NCBI GenBank assembly: GCA_035438245.1
Contig: DAORHX010000001.1
Coordinates: 6,606 to 70,605 of the forward strand
Origin: Rubrivivax sp.
Lineage (GTDB): Bacteria; Pseudomonadota; Gammaproteobacteria; Burkholderiales; Burkholderiaceae_C
Length of the DNA: 64,000 nucleotides
Reading direction: 5' to 3'
Positions 20,492 through 29,894 of the stretch are shown piece after piece. The position numbers and the translations under genes were made by a program. The notes under the pieces were generated by a model. The model did not search any database and was not told the DNA's origin. It was given only the letters and a program-made list of their open reading frames with translations. Position 1 is the first letter of the stretch. Every line of letters begins with the position of its first letter.

Positions 20492-21282
20492 CCCGCGAAC
20501 TTCTTGAAGTCCGGCTTGCGCTTCTCGTTGAACGCGCGCACGCCTTCCTTGGACTCTTCACTCTGGTAGTAGCCCTTGACCGCAGCCACGCCCATGAAGC
20601 TGATGCCGCGGATGTTCTCGCTGTCGGCGTTGAACGAGCGTTTGGCGATGGCGATCGCCGTCGGACTCATCGCGTTGATCTCGGCCGCCCAGGCTTCGCA
20701 CTCGGCATCGAGCTGGTCGTGCGGCACGACCTTGTTCGCCAGGCCCCAGTCCAGCGCCTGCTGCGCCGACACGCGGCGGCAGGTGAACCACATCTCGCGC
20801 GCGCGCTTCTCGCCGACCACGCGCGCGAGGTAGGCGGTGCCGAAGCCCGGATCGACCGAGCCGACCTTCGGGCCGACCTGGCCGAACTGTGCCTTCTCGG
20901 AGGCGATCGTCAGGTCGCAGATCGTCGCGAAGACGTTGCCGCCGCCGATGGCGAAGCCCTGCACGCGGGCGATCACGACCTTGCGGCAGTCGCGGATGGC
21001 GCTTTGCAGTTCCTCGATCGGCAGGCCGACCATGCCGCGCGGACCGTAGAGCCCGTCTTCCGAGAGGTGGACCTTCTGGTCGCCGCCGGTGCAGAAGGCC
21101 TTGTCGCCGGCGCCGCTGAAGATCACGGTGTTGACCGAACGTTCCTCGTCGGCACGCCTAAACGCCAGGATCAGTTCCTCGACGGTCTGGGTGCGGAAGG
21201 CGTTGAAGACCTCCGGACGGTTGATCGTGATGCGGACGGCGTTCTCGCCGACCTCGTAGGTGATGTCCTTGTACTCGGCCAT
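20488..21282 (-). CDS. badI: 2-ketocyclohexanecarboxyl-CoA hydrolase
   Basis: AFCTGGDQ, RGMVGLPIEELQSAIRD, GGGNVFATICDLTIASEKAQFGQVGPKVGSVDPGFGT match the BadI branch of the MenB-like family; adjacent to badH. Confidence 0.88.
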   Translation of the reverse strand: MAEYKDITYEVGENAVRITINRPEVFNAFRTQTVEELILAFRRADEERSVNTVIFSGAGDKAFCTGGDQKVHLSEDGLYGPRGMVGLPIEELQSAIRDCRKVVIARVQGFAIGGGNVFATICDLTIASEKAQFGQVGPKVGSVDPGFGTAYLARVVGEKRAREMWFTCRRVSAQQALDWGLANKVVPHDQLDAECEAWAAEINAMSPTAIAIAKRSFNADSENIRGISFMGVAAVKGYYQSEESKEGVRAFNEKRKPDFKKFAG

Positions 21283-21326
21283 AGTGTGCTCGTTGATGAG
21301 GATGGAGAAGAGGAGGAGATCGGCGT

Positions 21327-22097
21327 TCAGCCGTGCATCGACAGGCCGCCGGAGACGCTGATCGTCTGTCCGGTCATGAAGGCCGCATCGTCGCTGGCCA
21401 GGAAGGCCACCAGTCCGGGGTAGTCGTCGGGCACGCCGATGCGGCCCAGCGGCACCCCCTTGACCATCGCGTCGCGGATCTTCTGGCCGGCCTCGCCGGT
21501 GCCGACGAAGGCGTCCATCGCCGGCGTGTCGGTGGGGCCGGGGCAGACGGTGTTGATGGTCACGTTGGCGCGCGCCAGTTCGCGCGCCAGCGCCTTGCTG
21601 AAGGCAATGGTTGCACCCTTGCAGCCGGAGTACACCACCTCGCCGCTGCTGCCGACACGACCGGCATCCGAGGCGATCTGCACGATGCGGCCGCTCTTGC
21701 GTGCGGCCATGCCCTGCGCCACCGCGTGCGTCATGTGCAACGGGCCGAACCAGTTGATCGCGGTGACCTTTTGCCAGAAGGCCGGCTCGGTTTTCAGGAA
21801 GGGCATCGGCGTGTCCCAGCCGGCGTTGTTGACCAGGATGTCGGTGCCCGCACCCGCCTGCTGCTCGAAGGCCGCGACCGCCGCCGTCACCGCCGCGTAG
21901 TCGGTGATGTCGCATCGGACGGCCAGGGCCTTGCCGCCGGCGGCTTCGATGGCGCTCACCGTCTCGGCGGCGCCGGCTTCGTTGATGTCGAACACGCCGA
22001 CGACGCAGCCTTCGGCCGCGAGGCGGTTGGCGATGGCGCGGCCGATGCCGCTGCCGGCGCCGGTGACGATGGCGGTCTTGCGCTGAAGTCCTCGCAT
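21327..22097 (-). CDS. badH: 2-hydroxycyclohexanecarboxyl-CoA dehydrogenase
   Basis: NNAGWD, IASDAGRVGSSGEVVYSGCKG, VCPGPTDT, SVSGGLSMHG. Confidence 0.86.
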   Translation of the reverse strand: MRGLQRKTAIVTGAGSGIGRAIANRLAAEGCVVGVFDINEAGAAETVSAIEAAGGKALAVRCDITDYAAVTAAVAAFEQQAGAGTDILVNNAGWDTPMPFLKTEPAFWQKVTAINWFGPLHMTHAVAQGMAARKSGRIVQIASDAGRVGSSGEVVYSGCKGATIAFSKALARELARANVTINTVCPGPTDTPAMDAFVGTGEAGQKIRDAMVKGVPLGRIGVPDDYPGLVAFLASDDAAFMTGQTISVSGGLSMHG

Positions 22098-22128
22098 GTC
22101 TGCTTTCTCCTTGGGAATGAAATGGGTG

Positions 22129-23343
22129 TCAGGCGCCGAGCCGACCGACGATCGACACGGCGCAGACGTTCTGGTGCGGATGGCCGCCGAGGTTGTGCGT
22201 CAGGCCAAGGTCCACGCGCGGCAGCTGGCGGCGTTCGGCGCGGCCGTGGATCTGCAGCCAGATCTCGTAGACCATGCGCAGCCCAGAGGCGCCGATCGGG
22301 TGGCCGAAGCACTTCAGCCCGCCGTCGGGCTGCACCGGCAGCGCGCCGTCGCGGTCGAACACGCCGTCGAGCACGTCATGGATGGCTCGCCCCGGTGCGC
22401 TGAACTGCAGGTCTTCCATCAACACGGCTTCGGTGATCGAGAAGCAGTCGTGCACCTCGGCCATCTGGATCTGCCGCCGCGGGTCGGCGAGACCGGCCGA
22501 CGCATAGGCGCGGGCACCGGCCTCGCGCGCGGTCTGGATGCTCGCACCGTCCCATGCCGTGGGGCCGCTGAAGCTTTGCTCCTCGCCGTTGCTGACCGAT
22601 ACCTCCAGCGCCTTGATCGTCACCACCTCGCGGTCCGGGTGCAGGGCCTTGGCGATCTCGGGCGTGGTCAGGATCGCGCAGGCCGCACCGTCGCTGACGC
22701 CGCAGCAGTCGTACAGGCCCAGCGGCGCGGCGATGGTCGCGGCTTTCAGCACGTCGTCTTCGGTGATCGCATTGCGCAGGTGCGCCTTCGGGTTCAGTGC
22801 CGCATTGGCGTGGCTCTTCACCGAGACATGGGCCATCGCGCGCTTCAGGTCAGGCAGCGCGACACCGTGCTTCGCCGCATAGGCCGAGGCCAGTTGCGCG
22901 AAGGCGCCGGGCGCCGTGCTGTTGGGCAGCCACAGGTCGTTGGCGACGCCGCGCGTGCGCACTGGCAGGCCGCCATAACCGGTGTCCTTGAGCTTCTCGA
23001 CACCGAGCGCCAGCACGATGTCATAGGCGCCGGCCGCCACCGCGTAGGCCGCGGCACGCAGCGCCTCGGTGCCGGTGGCGCAGGCGTTCTCGACCCGTGT
23101 GGCAGCGATGCGCGGCAGGCGCAGCGCCGCGGCCAGCGGCCCCGCGGTCTTGCCGACGTTGTTCTCTTCCAGGCACACGCCGAGCCAGGCGGCCTCGATC
23201 TGCTTGATGCCGATGCCGGCGTCGGCCTTCGCTTCCTTGAAGGCTTCGAGCATCAGCTCGTCGGCGCCCATGTCCCAGCGCTCGCCGAAGCGCGAGCAGC
23301 CCATACCGAGGATCGCGACCTTGTCGCGGATGCCGCTGGCCAT
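22129..23343 (-). CDS. SCP2-type thiolase (acetyl-CoA acetyltransferase family)
   Basis: RVENACATG (Cys), EVHDCFSITE, GHPIGASG, HNLGG. Confidence 0.9.
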   Translation of the reverse strand: MASGIRDKVAILGMGCSRFGERWDMGADELMLEAFKEAKADAGIGIKQIEAAWLGVCLEENNVGKTAGPLAAALRLPRIAATRVENACATGTEALRAAAYAVAAGAYDIVLALGVEKLKDTGYGGLPVRTRGVANDLWLPNSTAPGAFAQLASAYAAKHGVALPDLKRAMAHVSVKSHANAALNPKAHLRNAITEDDVLKAATIAAPLGLYDCCGVSDGAACAILTTPEIAKALHPDREVVTIKALEVSVSNGEEQSFSGPTAWDGASIQTAREAGARAYASAGLADPRRQIQMAEVHDCFSITEAVLMEDLQFSAPGRAIHDVLDGVFDRDGALPVQPDGGLKCFGHPIGASGLRMVYEIWLQIHGRAERRQLPRVDLGLTHNLGGHPHQNVCAVSIVGRLGA

Positions 23344-24815
23344 CAGTGCTTCTCCCCGTTGTCTGTGGCCGCATCGCGCAGTGGCGTGGCCTTCCAGAAA
23401 TAGCGGCGGAAGCCGCGGTTGCGGTCGAACTCCTTGACGCGGTAAACCATGCGCAACGGCAGACCGACCTTCAACTCGCCGGGGTCGGTGTCGGCGAACT
23501 CCATCAGCACGCGGCCGCCGCCTTCAAAATCGACATGCCCGAACTGGAAGGGCGGGTGCGGCGTATAGGCGAGAAAGTCACTGGTGTGCGAAAGCACCCG
23601 CGCCGGCGCATCGGCCAGGCTTAGGCTGGTCTGCTGACCTTCGGCGCGGCATTCGGGGTTGACGCACAGCGCACTGCGCGGGAACTGCACCGTGCCGCAC
23701 GCGCTGCAGCGTCCGCCTTCGAATCGCGCCATGCGCGGCAGGTCACGCCAAGCGGCGGTGAGTGCGGTCTTGTTGTCCATCTCGGCACGCATGCCCCATT
23801 CCAGATCGATCTGTCCGGTGAAGGACAGGTACTTCAGGTAGCTCGTCTCCGGCTTGCCCGGCTCAGGCTCGGTGCCGGGGCAAGGCATGTCGGTCCGCCG
23901 CAGCAGAAGCGCATCGCAGCCGCTGCCGAAGGCAGCCACGAGGATCAGTGCGCCGGGCCGCGCGGCGCGCAGCGCCACGTCCAGCATCGCCAGCGGCTGG
24001 GCGGCGCCCAGGTCGCCGCCATCTTCATGTCCTGGGGACACCAGTGCGGCCGGAGCGATGCCGAGCTTCTTCGCCATCGCCTCGTTGATCTTCGGCAGTG
24101 GCGCAGGCATCGCGAAATGCGCGACGTCGCCGGCAGCGACGCCGGCGTCAGCCAGGCAACGGCGCAGCGTGTCCACGGCGAACTTCATATAGCCCTCGTC
24201 GCGCACCCAGCGTTCTTCCCAGCCGTAGTCGTGGGCCTGGCCGGTTTCGCGGAAATGGTCGACCAGGTCGGCATGCACGCTGCGATGGGCGACGAACTCG
24301 GCGATCGCGGGCCCGGCACCGATCAACACACCGGCCGCGCCGTCGCCTTGGATCATCTCCTGCGTGCTCGCTGGCCGGGGGATGCGTCGCTCTGCTGCCA
24401 GCAGCAGCGTCGAACTGCCCGCAGGCCGGCGCAGCGCCGCGGCCAGTTCGCTCAACCCGCAGCGTGTGCTCGACGCGACGTCCCGCAACACGGTATCGTC
24501 ATCGAGTCCGATCGCTGCGGCGACGATGCCGGCATTCAGCCGGTCGGCAAAGGGCAAGGTCGTCGACGCCAGCGTCAGCTCACAGGGACCGGAGCCGGGT
24601 TGCAGTTGAGGCAGGCGGCGTGCTGCTTCCACCGCCATCGTCACGCAGTCCTCATCCCAGCTCGCGATTGCGCGCCGGCCCTTGGCCAGGCCACGCAGGC
24701 CAGGCGCCATCCAACGGTGCTGCGCGGCCACCTCGCTGCGTTCGAGACGCAGGCGGGGCAGGTACCGTGTGGTGGCGATCAGGCCGGGGGGCTCTCCTGG
24801 GGTGCGTGTGTTCAT
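23343..24815 (-). CDS. HMG-CoA synthase-like domain fused to DUF35 (Zn-ribbon + OB-fold)
   Basis: YLPRLRL...DEDCVTMAVEAAR; C-terminal CSACGTVQFP...CVNPEC and OB-fold ending RRYFWKATP; coupled to the thiolase. Confidence 0.85.
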   Translation of the reverse strand: MNTRTPGEPPGLIATTRYLPRLRLERSEVAAQHRWMAPGLRGLAKGRRAIASWDEDCVTMAVEAARRLPQLQPGSGPCELTLASTTLPFADRLNAGIVAAAIGLDDDTVLRDVASSTRCGLSELAAALRRPAGSSTLLLAAERRIPRPASTQEMIQGDGAAGVLIGAGPAIAEFVAHRSVHADLVDHFRETGQAHDYGWEERWVRDEGYMKFAVDTLRRCLADAGVAAGDVAHFAMPAPLPKINEAMAKKLGIAPAALVSPGHEDGGDLGAAQPLAMLDVALRAARPGALILVAAFGSGCDALLLRRTDMPCPGTEPEPGKPETSYLKYLSFTGQIDLEWGMRAEMDNKTALTAAWRDLPRMARFEGGRCSACGTVQFPRSALCVNPECRAEGQQTSLSLADAPARVLSHTSDFLAYTPHPPFQFGHVDFEGGGRVLMEFADTDPGELKVGLPLRMVYRVKEFDRNRGFRRYFWKATPLRDAATDNGEKH

Positions 24816-24863
24816 CGGGCTTCGGGTTCGACCGGGGTGCGTGATTTCATGCTGTGATGCATG

Positions 24864-24877
24864 ATACGCTAGCGAAC
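24864..24877. promoter_or_regulatory. Palindromic operator copy 2 (ATACGCTAGCGAAC)
   Basis: Divergent region between the HMGS-DUF35/badHI operon and the SDR-BKACE operon. Confidence 0.6.
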
Positions 24878-24946
24878 GATTTAGAAACAGTCCCCGAGCC
24901 ATCTAAACGGCCAGGGTTTTCCCCAGACTGAAGAAAGCGAGAGACG

Positions 24947-25861
24947 ATGAATAAATTGCTCGATGGCAAAGTGGCGCTGGTCACCGGTGGTGGCCGCGGC
25001 GTCGGACGCGGCATCGCGATCATGCTCGCGGAGGCGGGCGCCAAGGTGGTGGTCAACGACCTCGGCGCGACGCTGGAAGGCGAAGCCAGCGGCGAGCAGC
25101 CCGCGCACGAGGTGGTCGCGGCGATCCAGGCCGCCGGCGGCGAGGCCAGCGTCGACGGCGGGTCGGTGGCCGACTGGAATGCAGCGCACAACATGGTCGA
25201 GGCCGCGGTGGAACGCTACGGCCGCATCGACATCGTGATCAACAACGCCGGCATCCTGCGCGACGTGATGTTCCATCGCATGAGCGAGCCGGAGTTCGAC
25301 CAGGTGCTCGGCGTGCATCTGAAGGGCACCTTCAATGTCAGCCGTGCCGCGGCACCGCACTTCAAGGCCCAGGGCAGCGGGGTCTATGTGCACATGAGTT
25401 CGACCTCGGGGCTGATCGGCAACATGGGGCAAGCCAACTACGCCGCCGCCAAGCTCGGCATCGCGGCGCTGTCGAAGTCGATCGCCATCGACATGCACAA
25501 GTTCGGCGTGCGCTCGAACGCCGTGGCGCCGTTCGCCTGGACGCGCATGATCGATTCGATCCCGAACGAGACGCCGGAACAGAAGAAGCGCGTCGACGGC
25601 CTGAAGAAGCTGGTGCCGGAGAAGGTGGCGCCCTTCGTCGTCGCGCTGTGCGCGGACGCGGCGAGCGATGTCACCGGGCAGATCTTCGGCGTGCGCAACA
25701 ACGAGATCTATCTGTTCAGCCAGCCGCGGCCGATCCGCAGCGCGCATCGCGGCGAAGGCTGGACGCCCGAGTCCGTGCTCGACACGGCGTTGCCGATGCT
25801 GCGCGCCGACTTCTATGGACTCGACCGTTCAGCCGATGTCTTCACCTGGGACCCGGTCTGA
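24947..25861 (+). CDS. SDR, MFE-2/3-hydroxyacyl-CoA dehydrogenase-like
   Basis: TGGGRGVG, VVVNDLG, NNAGILRD, GQANYAAAKLG. Confidence 0.88.
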   Translation: MNKLLDGKVALVTGGGRGVGRGIAIMLAEAGAKVVVNDLGATLEGEASGEQPAHEVVAAIQAAGGEASVDGGSVADWNAAHNMVEAAVERYGRIDIVINNAGILRDVMFHRMSEPEFDQVLGVHLKGTFNVSRAAAPHFKAQGSGVYVHMSSTSGLIGNMGQANYAAAKLGIAALSKSIAIDMHKFGVRSNAVAPFAWTRMIDSIPNETPEQKKRVDGLKKLVPEKVAPFVVALCADAASDVTGQIFGVRNNEIYLFSQPRPIRSAHRGEGWTPESVLDTALPMLRADFYGLDRSADVFTWDPV

Positions 25862-25875
25862 AGGAGCACGCAGCC

Positions 25876-26805
25876 ATGACGCAGCGAAAAATCATCATCA
25901 CTTGCGCCGTCACGGGCGCGATCCACACGCCGTCGATGTCGCCGTATCTGCCGGTGACGGCACAGGAAATCGCCGATGCGGCGGTAGGGGCCGCCGAGGC
26001 CGGCGCGGCGATCATCCACCTGCATGCGCGCGACCCGGTCACGGGCAAGCCCGACCAGCGGCCCGAGGCCTTCGTGCCTTTCCTGAAAGACATCAAGGTG
26101 CGCTGCGACGCGGTCGTCAACCTGACCACCGGCGGCTCACCCTACATGACGGTGCAGGAGCGCATGCAGCCGGCCAAGGTGTTGAAGCCGGAAGTTGCTT
26201 CGATGAACATGGGCACGATGAACTTCGGCCTGTTCCCGATGCTCAAGCGCTTCAAGGAGTTCAAGCACGACTGGGAGCGGCCCTACCTGGAAGGCAGCAA
26301 GGACCTGATCTTCCGCAACACCTACGGCGACCTGGAGACGGTGCTGACCGAGTTGTCGGCCAACCAGACGCGCTACGAGTTCGAGTGCTACGACACCTCG
26401 CACCTGTACAACCTGGCGCACTTCGTCGAGCGCGGGTTAGTGAAGGCGCCGTTCTTCGTGCAGACCGTGTTCGGCATCCTTGGCGGCATCGGCAGCCACC
26501 CGGACGATGTCATGCACATGAAGCGCACTGCCGACCGGCTGTTTGGCAGCGACTACCGCTGGTCGGTGCTTGGTGCCGGCCGCAGCCAGATGCCGATCGC
26601 GGCGATGGCGGCCGCCATGGGCGGCAACGTTCGCGTCGGCCTCGAGGACAGCCTGTGGATCGGCGCCGGGCAGTTGGCCAAGTCGAATGCCGACCAGGTG
26701 CGCAAGGCGCGCGAGATCATCGAAGGGCTGGGGCTGCAGGTAGCGACACCGGCCGAAGCGCGGCAGATCCTGGAGCTGAAAGGCAGGGACGCGGTCGCGT
26801 TCTAG
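25876..26805 (+). CDS. Beta-keto acid cleavage enzyme (BKACE/Kce family)
   Basis: IITCAVTGAIHTPSMSPYLP, IIHLHARDP, EFECYD, NVRVGLEDSL. Confidence 0.92.
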   Translation: MTQRKIIITCAVTGAIHTPSMSPYLPVTAQEIADAAVGAAEAGAAIIHLHARDPVTGKPDQRPEAFVPFLKDIKVRCDAVVNLTTGGSPYMTVQERMQPAKVLKPEVASMNMGTMNFGLFPMLKRFKEFKHDWERPYLEGSKDLIFRNTYGDLETVLTELSANQTRYEFECYDTSHLYNLAHFVERGLVKAPFFVQTVFGILGGIGSHPDDVMHMKRTADRLFGSDYRWSVLGAGRSQMPIAAMAAAMGGNVRVGLEDSLWIGAGQLAKSNADQVRKAREIIEGLGLQVATPAEARQILELKGRDAVAF

Positions 26806-26808
26806 AAT

Positions 26809-26822
26809 GTTCGCATCCTTAC
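26809..26822. promoter_or_regulatory. Degenerate operator copy 3 (GTTCGCATCCTTAC), possible marR autoregulation site
   Basis: In the 48-bp gap upstream of marR; weaker match to the consensus. Confidence 0.4.
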
Positions 26823-26853
26823 AGTAATAGGTCGCTCAACCGGCCGGCGGATC

Positions 26854-27324
26854 ATGGCAAGCACCAGCGAACCGCACACCATCGATTGGGAATTGCGCCT
26901 CGGCTTTCTGATTCACGACGTGTCGCGCCTGCGGCGCAGCGCCTTCGACCGCTGCATGAAGCCGTTAAGCGTGACTCGCTCGCAGTGGTGGGTGCTGGCC
27001 TACCTGTCGCGCGAGGACGGCATGACGCAGAGCCAGCTGGCCGACGAGCTGGACCTGGGTAAAGTGGCCGTCGGTGGCCTGATCGACCGGCTGGAGAAGT
27101 CCGGGCTGGTGAGGCGCGAAGCCGACGCGACCGACCGGCGCGTGAACCGCGTATATCTCGAGTCGAAGGGCAAGCAGCTGATCACCCGTTTGCGCAAGAT
27201 CAACCACCGGATGAACGAGCGCATCCTCGGCACCCTGCCCCACGACCAACTGGAGAACGCCGCTGCCACGCTGGCGGCAATGAAGCACAACCTGATCGAG
27301 TATCTGGATACCGACCAAGTCTGA
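26854..27324 (+). CDS. MarR-family transcriptional regulator
   Basis: LGFLIHDVSRLRR, VTRSQWWVL, LIDRLEKSGLVRR...DRRVNRVYL. Confidence 0.95.
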   Translation: MASTSEPHTIDWELRLGFLIHDVSRLRRSAFDRCMKPLSVTRSQWWVLAYLSREDGMTQSQLADELDLGKVAVGGLIDRLEKSGLVRREADATDRRVNRVYLESKGKQLITRLRKINHRMNERILGTLPHDQLENAAATLAAMKHNLIEYLDTDQV

Positions 27325-27375
27325 AAGTCCTCCTCGGGTTCACCCTAGGTGGCTCCTGTAGAACGCAGGTGTATA

Positions 27376-27389
27376 GTACTCTAGCGTAC
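27376..27389. promoter_or_regulatory. Palindromic operator copy 4 (TA-GTACTCTAGCGTAC-TA)
   Basis: Upstream of aliA; overlaps a TATAGT -10-like hexamer. Confidence 0.78.
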
Positions 27390-27447
27390 TAAAGTACCTT
27401 TGCAGCGTCGCTACGCCGGTGGCGGCTGCTCTTCGCAGGAGACTCAG

Positions 27448-29070
27448 ATGACAGCTGGCCGATTCGACGCTGCGGCGCACGCGCGCCGCATGCGTGATGC
27501 GGGTTTCTGGCTCGACACCGCGTTCGACGAGTTCGTCGTTCGCGCGATCGAGTCCAAGCCGGACAAGCCGGCTCTGGCGGCCTATCGTGCGGACCGCGAG
27601 CAACCGTGGCGCATCGATTGGCGCGGCTTCGGCGACCTGGTCGCGCGCTGTGCCGCGGGGCTGGAAGATCTGGGTGTGGGACCCGGCGACATCGTCGCCG
27701 TGCAGCTGCCCAACTGGTGGGAGTTCGTCGTCGTGTCGCTGGCGGCCAATCGCATCGGTGCGGTGGTGAACCCCCTGATGCCGATCTTCCGTGAACGCGA
27801 GCTGTCCTACATGCTGGGCTTTGCCGAGGCCAAGGTGCTAGTCGTGCCGAAACTGTTCCGCGGCTTCGACCATGCCGCGATGGCACGCTCGCTGCAGCGC
27901 GAGCTGCCGGCGCTGCAGCACGTGATTGTCGTCGACGAGGACGGGGAAAACGGTTTCGAGCGCAAGTTGCTCTCGGGCAGCCGCCGCATCGAGTCCACTC
28001 GCCCGCCGCGCTTGGCGCCCGATGCGAATGCGGTGGTGATGTTCACCTCCGGCACCACTGGTTCGCCCAAGGGCGTGATCCACACCCACAACACGATGTT
28101 GGCCTGCAACCGGGCGCTGGCCGGCCGCTTCGGGCTGGATGGCGACGATGTGCTGCTGGCCTGCTCGCCGTTGGGCCACATGACGGGCTACGCTGCCGTG
28201 ATGCTGCTGGGCATCAGCCTCGGCGCCACGGTCGTCCTGCAAGACGTGTGGGAGGGCAAGCGCGGCGTCACGATCATGGCCGACGAAGGTGTCACCTTCA
28301 CAGCGGCGTCGACGCCTTTCCTGTCGGACATCTGCGAAAGCGTAGCCGCTGGCGCGCCGCGGCCGATGCGGCTGCGCAACTTCCTGTGCGGCGGGGCGCC
28401 GATCCCGCCGATACTGATCGAGCGCGCGCGGCGCGAACTCGACCTGATGGTCTGTTCGCTGTGGGGCATGACCGAATCGCTGTCGAGCACGCTGACCGAA
28501 CCCGCACGCGCCGCCGACAAGTCGGCTACGAGCGACGGCCGGACGCTCGATGGCGTGGAAGTCAAGATCGTCGACTTCGACGGCAAGCCGTTGCCCGTCG
28601 GCGAGACCGGCCGCCTGCTGGTGCGCGGCGCGCAGATGCTCATGGGCTACTACAAGCGACCGGACATCGAGACCTTCGATGCCGAAGGCTGGTTCGATAC
28701 CGGCGACCTGGCCTATGCCGACGACGAGGGCTACATCCGTATCAACGGGCGCACCAAGGATGTGCTGATCCGCGGCGGCGAGAACGTACCGGTGGTCGAG
28801 ATCGAGGCGCTGCTGTACAAGCACCCGTCGGTGGCCGACGCGTCGCTGGTGGGTTACCCCGATGCACGCCTCGGCGAACGCGGCTGCGCCTTCGTCGTGC
28901 TGCGACCGGGAGCGTCGCTGTCGCTCGAAGAACTGCAGGCCTATATGGCCGAGAGCAAGGTGGCCAAGCAGTACTGGCCCGAGCGGGTGGAGGTGGTCAC
29001 CGCACTGCCGCGCACGCCCAGCGGCAAGATCCAGAAGTTCAAGCTGCGCGAGCTGGCCGCTGGCGGTTGA
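27448..29070 (+). CDS. aliA: Cyclohexanecarboxylate-CoA ligase
   Basis: ANL motifs FTSGTTGSPKG, WGMTE, WFDTGD, PSGKIQKF plus AliA-like QLPNWWEF, NPLMPIFREREL, IRGGENVPVVEIE; badH, badI and aliB in the same cluster. Confidence 0.82.
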   Translation: MTAGRFDAAAHARRMRDAGFWLDTAFDEFVVRAIESKPDKPALAAYRADREQPWRIDWRGFGDLVARCAAGLEDLGVGPGDIVAVQLPNWWEFVVVSLAANRIGAVVNPLMPIFRERELSYMLGFAEAKVLVVPKLFRGFDHAAMARSLQRELPALQHVIVVDEDGENGFERKLLSGSRRIESTRPPRLAPDANAVVMFTSGTTGSPKGVIHTHNTMLACNRALAGRFGLDGDDVLLACSPLGHMTGYAAVMLLGISLGATVVLQDVWEGKRGVTIMADEGVTFTAASTPFLSDICESVAAGAPRPMRLRNFLCGGAPIPPILIERARRELDLMVCSLWGMTESLSSTLTEPARAADKSATSDGRTLDGVEVKIVDFDGKPLPVGETGRLLVRGAQMLMGYYKRPDIETFDAEGWFDTGDLAYADDEGYIRINGRTKDVLIRGGENVPVVEIEALLYKHPSVADASLVGYPDARLGERGCAFVVLRPGASLSLEELQAYMAESKVAKQYWPERVEVVTALPRTPSGKIQKFKLRELAAGG

Positions 29071-29096
29071 CGGCATTGTCGAAGCCGAGGCCCGGG

Positions 29097-29894
29097 ATGC
29101 CTGAAGCCCTGATGCTGGAGCGGCTGGACGGCGGCATCGTGCTGCTGCGCCTGAACCGCCCCGACCGGCTCAACGCGCTGAGCGATGCGATGGTGGCCGA
29201 CCTCGGCCGCCACCTAGACGCGCTGGCGCTGGACACCGAGGCGCGCGTGCTGGTGATCACCGGAGAAGGCCGCGGTTTTTGCGCGGGCTTCGATCTGAGC
29301 CTGGCCGATGCCGCGCCGGGCGAAGGGCAGCTGGGCGAAGCCGCCGCATGGACGATGCGGCAGGAAGCCTTTGCCGGGCTGATCACCAAGATGCGCGCGC
29401 TGCGCCAGCCGGTGATTGCCGCGATCAACGGCCTGGCCAACGGCGCCGGGCTGGCGCTGGCGCTCGCCGCCGAGCTGCGCTATGCGGCGGCATCGGCGCG
29501 CTTCAACGCCGCGTTCGTGAAGGTCGGCATGTCGGGCTGCGACATGGGCGTGAGCTGGCTGCTGCCGCGTTGCGTGGGGCTGGCGCGCTCGTTCGAGATT
29601 CTTCTCACCGGTCGCATGGTCGACGCGGCCGAGGCCGACCGCATTGGCCTCGTCACCGCTACCGTGCCTGATGAAGATCTGCTGCCGCGTGCGCTGGCCA
29701 CCGCGCGTGCGATTGCCGAGAACGATGGCTTCGCAGTATGGATGACCAAGCGAGGCGGATGGGCCAATGCCGAAGCGGCCAGCCTGCAGGCCGCGATCGA
29801 GCTGGAGAACCGCACGCAAATCCTGGCGCGCACGACCGGCGAGCTGGGGCGGGCGGCAAAGGCGCTGGTGGGGCGACGGCGGGCTGGCCCGTGA
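29097..29894 (+). CDS. Enoyl-CoA hydratase/isomerase family protein
   Basis: LNRPDRLNAL, GFCAGFDL, FVKVGMSGCDMGVSWLLPR. Confidence 0.88.
   Translation: MPEALMLERLDGGIVLLRLNRPDRLNALSDAMVADLGRHLDALALDTEARVLVITGEGRGFCAGFDLSLADAAPGEGQLGEAAAWTMRQEAFAGLITKMRALRQPVIAAINGLANGAGLALALAAELRYAAASARFNAAFVKVGMSGCDMGVSWLLPRCVGLARSFEILLTGRMVDAAEADRIGLVTATVPDEDLLPRALATARAIAENDGFAVWMTKRGGWANAEAASLQAAIELENRTQILARTTGELGRAAKALVGRRRAGP

Noticed and set aside
20488-21282. menB (naphthoate synthase)
   Set aside because: Motifs (GGGNV, GSVDPG) and the adjacent badH fit BadI; no other men genes are present.
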